Assembly (NCBI GenBank): GCA_036557165.1
Contig: DATBIA010000095.1
Span: 85,909-149,908, forward strand
Direction of reading: 5' to 3'
DNA: 64,000 bases
Origin: Bryobacteraceae bacterium
GTDB lineage: Bacteria > Acidobacteriota > Terriglobia > Bryobacterales > Bryobacteraceae
Position 1 is the first letter of the stretch; every line of letters begins with the position of its first letter. The notes under the pieces are model-generated. The model did no database searches. It was not told the origin of the DNA and saw only the letters and a program-made list of their open reading frames with translations. The position numbers and the translations under genes were made by a program. Shown here in pieces: positions 61,049-64,000 of this stretch.

Positions 61049-61836
61049 TCCACCTCCGCCTCTACTTCGATTTCCAGGCCATCGTAGGCGAGCCGGACAT
61101 GATCCGGCAGCGTGGCCTCTGTGCGCTCGTGCGATAAGTCGTGGCACATGTGCGTGAAGAAAGCCCGCTTGGGCCGCAACTCCTCCACCAGCTGCACCGC
61201 CTGTTCCACGGTGGTGTGTGTCGGGTGAGGGCGATGCCGGAGCGCGTCTAAGAACAACACGTCGAGTCCGGTAAGCTTCTCGCGCGATTCTGGCGGGATC
61301 TCACTATGATCGGTGAGATAGGCGGCCCGCCCGAAGCGGTATCCGAACACGGCGCCTCTGCCATGGCACAAACGGATGGGCGTGAACTCGAGGCCTAGTA
61401 AGTCGAATGGCGAGCCATCCAGCACCCGCAAATCGAGCTTGGGCACCGACGATTGCGTCGGCGCGGAATCGAAAGCATAACGAAACACGCGTTGGATCAC
61501 CTCCAGCGTTTCCTGCGTCGCGTAAATCGGGATCAGCGCTTTTTGGTGGAAATTGAAGGGCCTCACGTCGTCGAGCCCGAGAATGTGATCGGCGTGAGAA
61601 TGGGTGTAAACGATGGCGTCCAGCTTTTCCAGCTTTTGACGCAACACTTGCTCCCGAAAATCGGGCGACGTGTCCACCACGACGTTATAGCCATTGAAAC
61701 GGATCAGGATGGAGGGCCGCAATCGCTTGTCCCTCGGATCGGAAGATCGGCAAACCTCGCACGAGCATCCGATGGTCGGCACGCCGGAACTGGTGCCGGA
61801 CCCAAGTACCGTAATTTTGATATTCGGCGTCTCCAT
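61045..61836 (-). CDS. MBL-fold metallo-hydrolase (PhnP/GPMBL-like)
   Basis: ITVLGSGTSSGVPTIGCSCEVC, HSHADH metal motif, and FTHMCHD near the C-terminus. Confidence 0.8.
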   Translation of the reverse strand: METPNIKITVLGSGTSSGVPTIGCSCEVCRSSDPRDKRLRPSILIRFNGYNVVVDTSPDFREQVLRQKLEKLDAIVYTHSHADHILGLDDVRPFNFHQKALIPIYATQETLEVIQRVFRYAFDSAPTQSSVPKLDLRVLDGSPFDLLGLEFTPIRLCHGRGAVFGYRFGRAAYLTDHSEIPPESREKLTGLDVLFLDALRHRPHPTHTTVEQAVQLVEELRPKRAFFTHMCHDLSHERTEATLPDHVRLAYDGLEIEVEAEVE

Positions 61837-61846
61837 CGGCGAGGGC

Positions 61847-62176
61847 CTAAGCGGCCGGAGGATGCTCGCCGGGCGCTTCGGCGGACTTGGCGCCTTCCTT
61901 CGCCTGTTGTTCGTTGACTTGGACGAAACGGAACCGCAGTTCGGTGAGCGAATTTTCGATCAGCCGCTGCTCCTCGATCGACAAATTGCCGCGCGTCTTT
62001 TCCGCGAGCATCGCCAGCATGTCGATGGCGTGGCGGGCCGAGGGAAAATCCGGTTCCTCCGCGTGTTCGCCTTCACCGCCGAACGAGAGCAACCCAAGCT
62101 GCATTTCCGCTTGGGTTTTCAAGGAAAACACAAGGAATTCAAAAGTCGGCGGTGGCAATGGCAATGTATCGCTCAT
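61847..62176 (-). CDS. DUF1844 domain protein
   Basis: PPPTFEFLVFSLKTQAEMQLGLL...ARHAIDMLAMLAEKTRGNLSIEEQRLIENSLTELRFRF matches the DUF1844 pattern. Confidence 0.7.
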   Translation of the reverse strand: MSDTLPLPPPTFEFLVFSLKTQAEMQLGLLSFGGEGEHAEEPDFPSARHAIDMLAMLAEKTRGNLSIEEQRLIENSLTELRFRFVQVNEQQAKEGAKSAEAPGEHPPAA

Positions 62177-62229
62177 AGGGTTCTGTCACCAGTTTAAAGC
62201 CGCGAGCCTAACGTCTGGAGACGCAACCC

Positions 62230-62871
62230 TCAGTCCGCGGCGTTTGCGAGCGCGGTCTTGAATTGCCGCGCCGCGTTGGCGATCGCCGCAAGATCTCCGC
62301 CGGCCAAAGCCCGGCTCGATACCAGTTCTCCTCCGACGCCAACGGCAATCGCTCCAGCTCGGATGAACTCCGCCGCATTGCTTAGATTGACGCCTCCGGT
62401 GGGAATCATGTCGATTGACGGCAGCGCAGATTTCAGCTTCGCGATATAAGATGGCCCGCCGAGGTTTCCGCAAGGAAAGATTTTCGCCGCGACAGCGCCG
62501 TTTTTCCAGGCCGTGAGAATCTCGCCAGTCGTCAGCGTGCCTGGCATGATGAGAAGTCCGGCTCTCTTCGCGAAATTGAGCGTGGGAACGTCGAGCCCGG
62601 GAGTCACCAGAAACTGCGCGCCCGCTTCCGCGCATTTTTGCGCGATAGCGGCGTCCACAACTGTACCCGCGCCAACCAGCATCCGGGCCGAACGGCGCAG
62701 TTCGCGAATGATCTCGATCGCGCCCGGCACCGTCATGGTAATTTCGACAACGGAAATGCCGCCCGCGCAGATGGCTTCCGCCGCGCGCATCGCCAGTTCC
62801 GGCGAGGCCGCGCGGACCACCGGGATGATCTTCTCTTCGACGATCCGGCTGCGAACGTCCTGCGGGATCAT
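62230..62871 (-). CDS. eda: 2-dehydro-3-deoxyphosphogluconate / 4-hydroxy-2-oxoglutarate aldolase
   Basis: IIPVVRAASPELAMRAAEAICAGGISVVEITMT, GAGTV, KIFPC... and PTGGV motifs of KDPG aldolase. Confidence 0.85.
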   Translation of the reverse strand: MIPQDVRSRIVEEKIIPVVRAASPELAMRAAEAICAGGISVVEITMTVPGAIEIIRELRRSARMLVGAGTVVDAAIAQKCAEAGAQFLVTPGLDVPTLNFAKRAGLLIMPGTLTTGEILTAWKNGAVAAKIFPCGNLGGPSYIAKLKSALPSIDMIPTGGVNLSNAAEFIRAGAIAVGVGGELVSSRALAGGDLAAIANAARQFKTALANAAD

Positions 62872-63941
62872 CTTGCGATGCGAGCGGCCTTTCCCTCCAT
62901 GAGCCGTACGACTTCATCGAGGCTCGCCATGGAGGTATCGCCCGGCGTCGTCATGGCGAGAGCCCCGTGCGCAGCGCCGCATTCAACCGCCCACTGGGGT
63001 CCGCGGCCGCTCAACAATCCATAAATCAGACCGGACGCGAAGGAATCGCCACCGCCCACGCGATCGTAGATCTCCAGATTTCTACGCGTCTGGGCCTCGT
63101 GGAACTGTCCATCCGCGTACAGCATGGCGCCCCAGTCGTTGTGCGACGCGGTCGTCGCTTTGCGCAGAGTTACGGCAACCACAGGAGTCCCGAATTCCTT
63201 CACAGCGTCGCCGATCGTCTCCTTGAACCGGTCCGCCGCTAAATCCGAAAGAGTGCCGCGCTCAAATCCGAGGGCGGCGGCGAAATCTTCTTCGTTGCCA
63301 ACCATCACGTCGACTAGCGGCGCGATTCGCCGGTTTATAGCTTGAGCCTGCGGCTTGCCACCATTCGCCCGCCATACCGACGCGCGATAGTTGAGATCGT
63401 AAGAGACGATGACGCCCGCCCGTTTCGCCGCTTTGACGGCTTCGAGAACGACCTCGGGGGTAGTCGCCGAAAGGCCTGTGAAAATTCCGCCCGTATGAAA
63501 CCAGCGCGCTCCTTGAGCGAACACCGCCGCCCAATCGATATCGCCTGGCTTCAACTGAGAGGCGGCGGAGTTGGCGCGGTCCGAGCAGCCGAGCGCCGCC
63601 CGCACTCCAAACCCGCGCTCGGTGAAGTTTAATCCGTTGCGGACGGTTTTTCCGGTTCCATCGTATTCCACCCAGCGAACCAGCGATTGATCCACGCCGC
63701 CTTGATAGATCAAATCCTGAATCAACCGTCCGACCGGATTATCGGCGAACGCGGTGACGATCGCCGTCTCCATCCCGAAACAGCGCTTCAGGCCTCGCGC
63801 AACATTGTATTCGCCGCCGCCTTCGTGAACTTCGAAATGGCGCGTGGTGGCGATCCGCCGGTCGCCCGGATCGAGCCGGAGCATCACTTCGCCAAGCGCA
63901 ACAAGATCCCAGCGGCGGCCGTCCCTCGGAGGAATATTCAT
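62868..63941 (-). CDS. kdgK: PfkB-family sugar kinase (2-dehydro-3-deoxygluconokinase-like)
   Basis: LGEVMLRL, GGGEYNVA, and the C-terminal GGGDSFASGLIYGLL ATP/anion-hole motif. 4-nt overlap with eda. Confidence 0.75.
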   Translation of the reverse strand: MNIPPRDGRRWDLVALGEVMLRLDPGDRRIATTRHFEVHEGGGEYNVARGLKRCFGMETAIVTAFADNPVGRLIQDLIYQGGVDQSLVRWVEYDGTGKTVRNGLNFTERGFGVRAALGCSDRANSAASQLKPGDIDWAAVFAQGARWFHTGGIFTGLSATTPEVVLEAVKAAKRAGVIVSYDLNYRASVWRANGGKPQAQAINRRIAPLVDVMVGNEEDFAAALGFERGTLSDLAADRFKETIGDAVKEFGTPVVAVTLRKATTASHNDWGAMLYADGQFHEAQTRRNLEIYDRVGGGDSFASGLIYGLLSGRGPQWAVECGAAHGALAMTTPGDTSMASLDEVVRLMEGKAARIAR

Positions 63942-64000
63942 ATCCCGGTTCCCAGGTTGACAGGTCGAAGCGCCGGCGTGAGAATGTGGATCGTCAGCAA

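Noticed and set aside
1-64000. Scan for CRISPR arrays, IS elements, integrases, prophage genes, rRNA and long direct or inverted repeats.
   Set aside because: Reading the sequence and the ORF track found no regularly spaced repeats, no transposase- or integrase-like translations and no rRNA-like stretches. A computational repeat search would be needed to exclude short dispersed repeats.

Overview
This is a visibly GC-rich bacterial chromosomal segment. I saw no rRNA, CRISPR array, transposase or integrase. Three features point to an Acidobacteria genome of the Solibacter/Bryobacter type, by inference only: a sedolisin with a TIGR03437-type 'Solibacter C-terminal' domain, a CarboxypepD_reg-type TonB-dependent receptor, and a dense set of PEP-CTERM marker genes.

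Positions 1-36330 form one large PEP-CTERM/exosortase-type exopolysaccharide (EPS) locus. On the + strand (1-31721) it encodes:
- the 3' end of a priming sugar transferase, a PrsT-like TPR protein and one PEP-CTERM substrate protein;
- a Wzz-like chain-length determinant, an ExeA-like ATPase and a BY-kinase-like protein;
- a small XRE regulator and an AsnB-type amidotransferase;
- a translationally coupled block of GT-C membrane proteins, a UbiA phosphoribosyltransferase-like enzyme and a HAD phosphatase;
- a large secreted dockerin-tailed protein, a GT2, a Wzx flippase, a polysaccharide deacetylase and a CelD-like acyltransferase;
- a membrane sulfatase-fold protein, an O-antigen-ligase-like protein, a methyltransferase, a GT4 and an SDR epimerase.

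A convergent minus-strand operon (36302-31647) encodes a FemAB-family protein, a tRNA-like element and three GT4 genes. No exosortase gene is visible in the window.

The most unusual feature is that tRNA-like gene at 35164-35241 (-). It folds well but is non-canonical, with a 9-nt anticodon loop and a bulged T stem. It sits 5 nt after the FemAB-family stop codon and 7 nt before the next glycosyltransferase start. Three sigma-54-type -24/-12 elements precede operon starts in the locus.

Positions 36.4-64 kb carry ordinary core and catabolic genes: DUF218, LOR/SDH-family, queF, methyltransferase, SMP-30 lactonase, NUDIX, mutS2, VanZ-like, larB, DUF4159, S53 peptidase, a LigB-type ring-cleavage mini-cluster, a TonB receptor, nagA-like, an FNR-like/CbiX/Cys-rich operon, ribF, MBL hydrolase, DUF1844, eda and kdgK.

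All functional calls rest on motifs read from the supplied translations and my recollection of family signatures. No database search was run.
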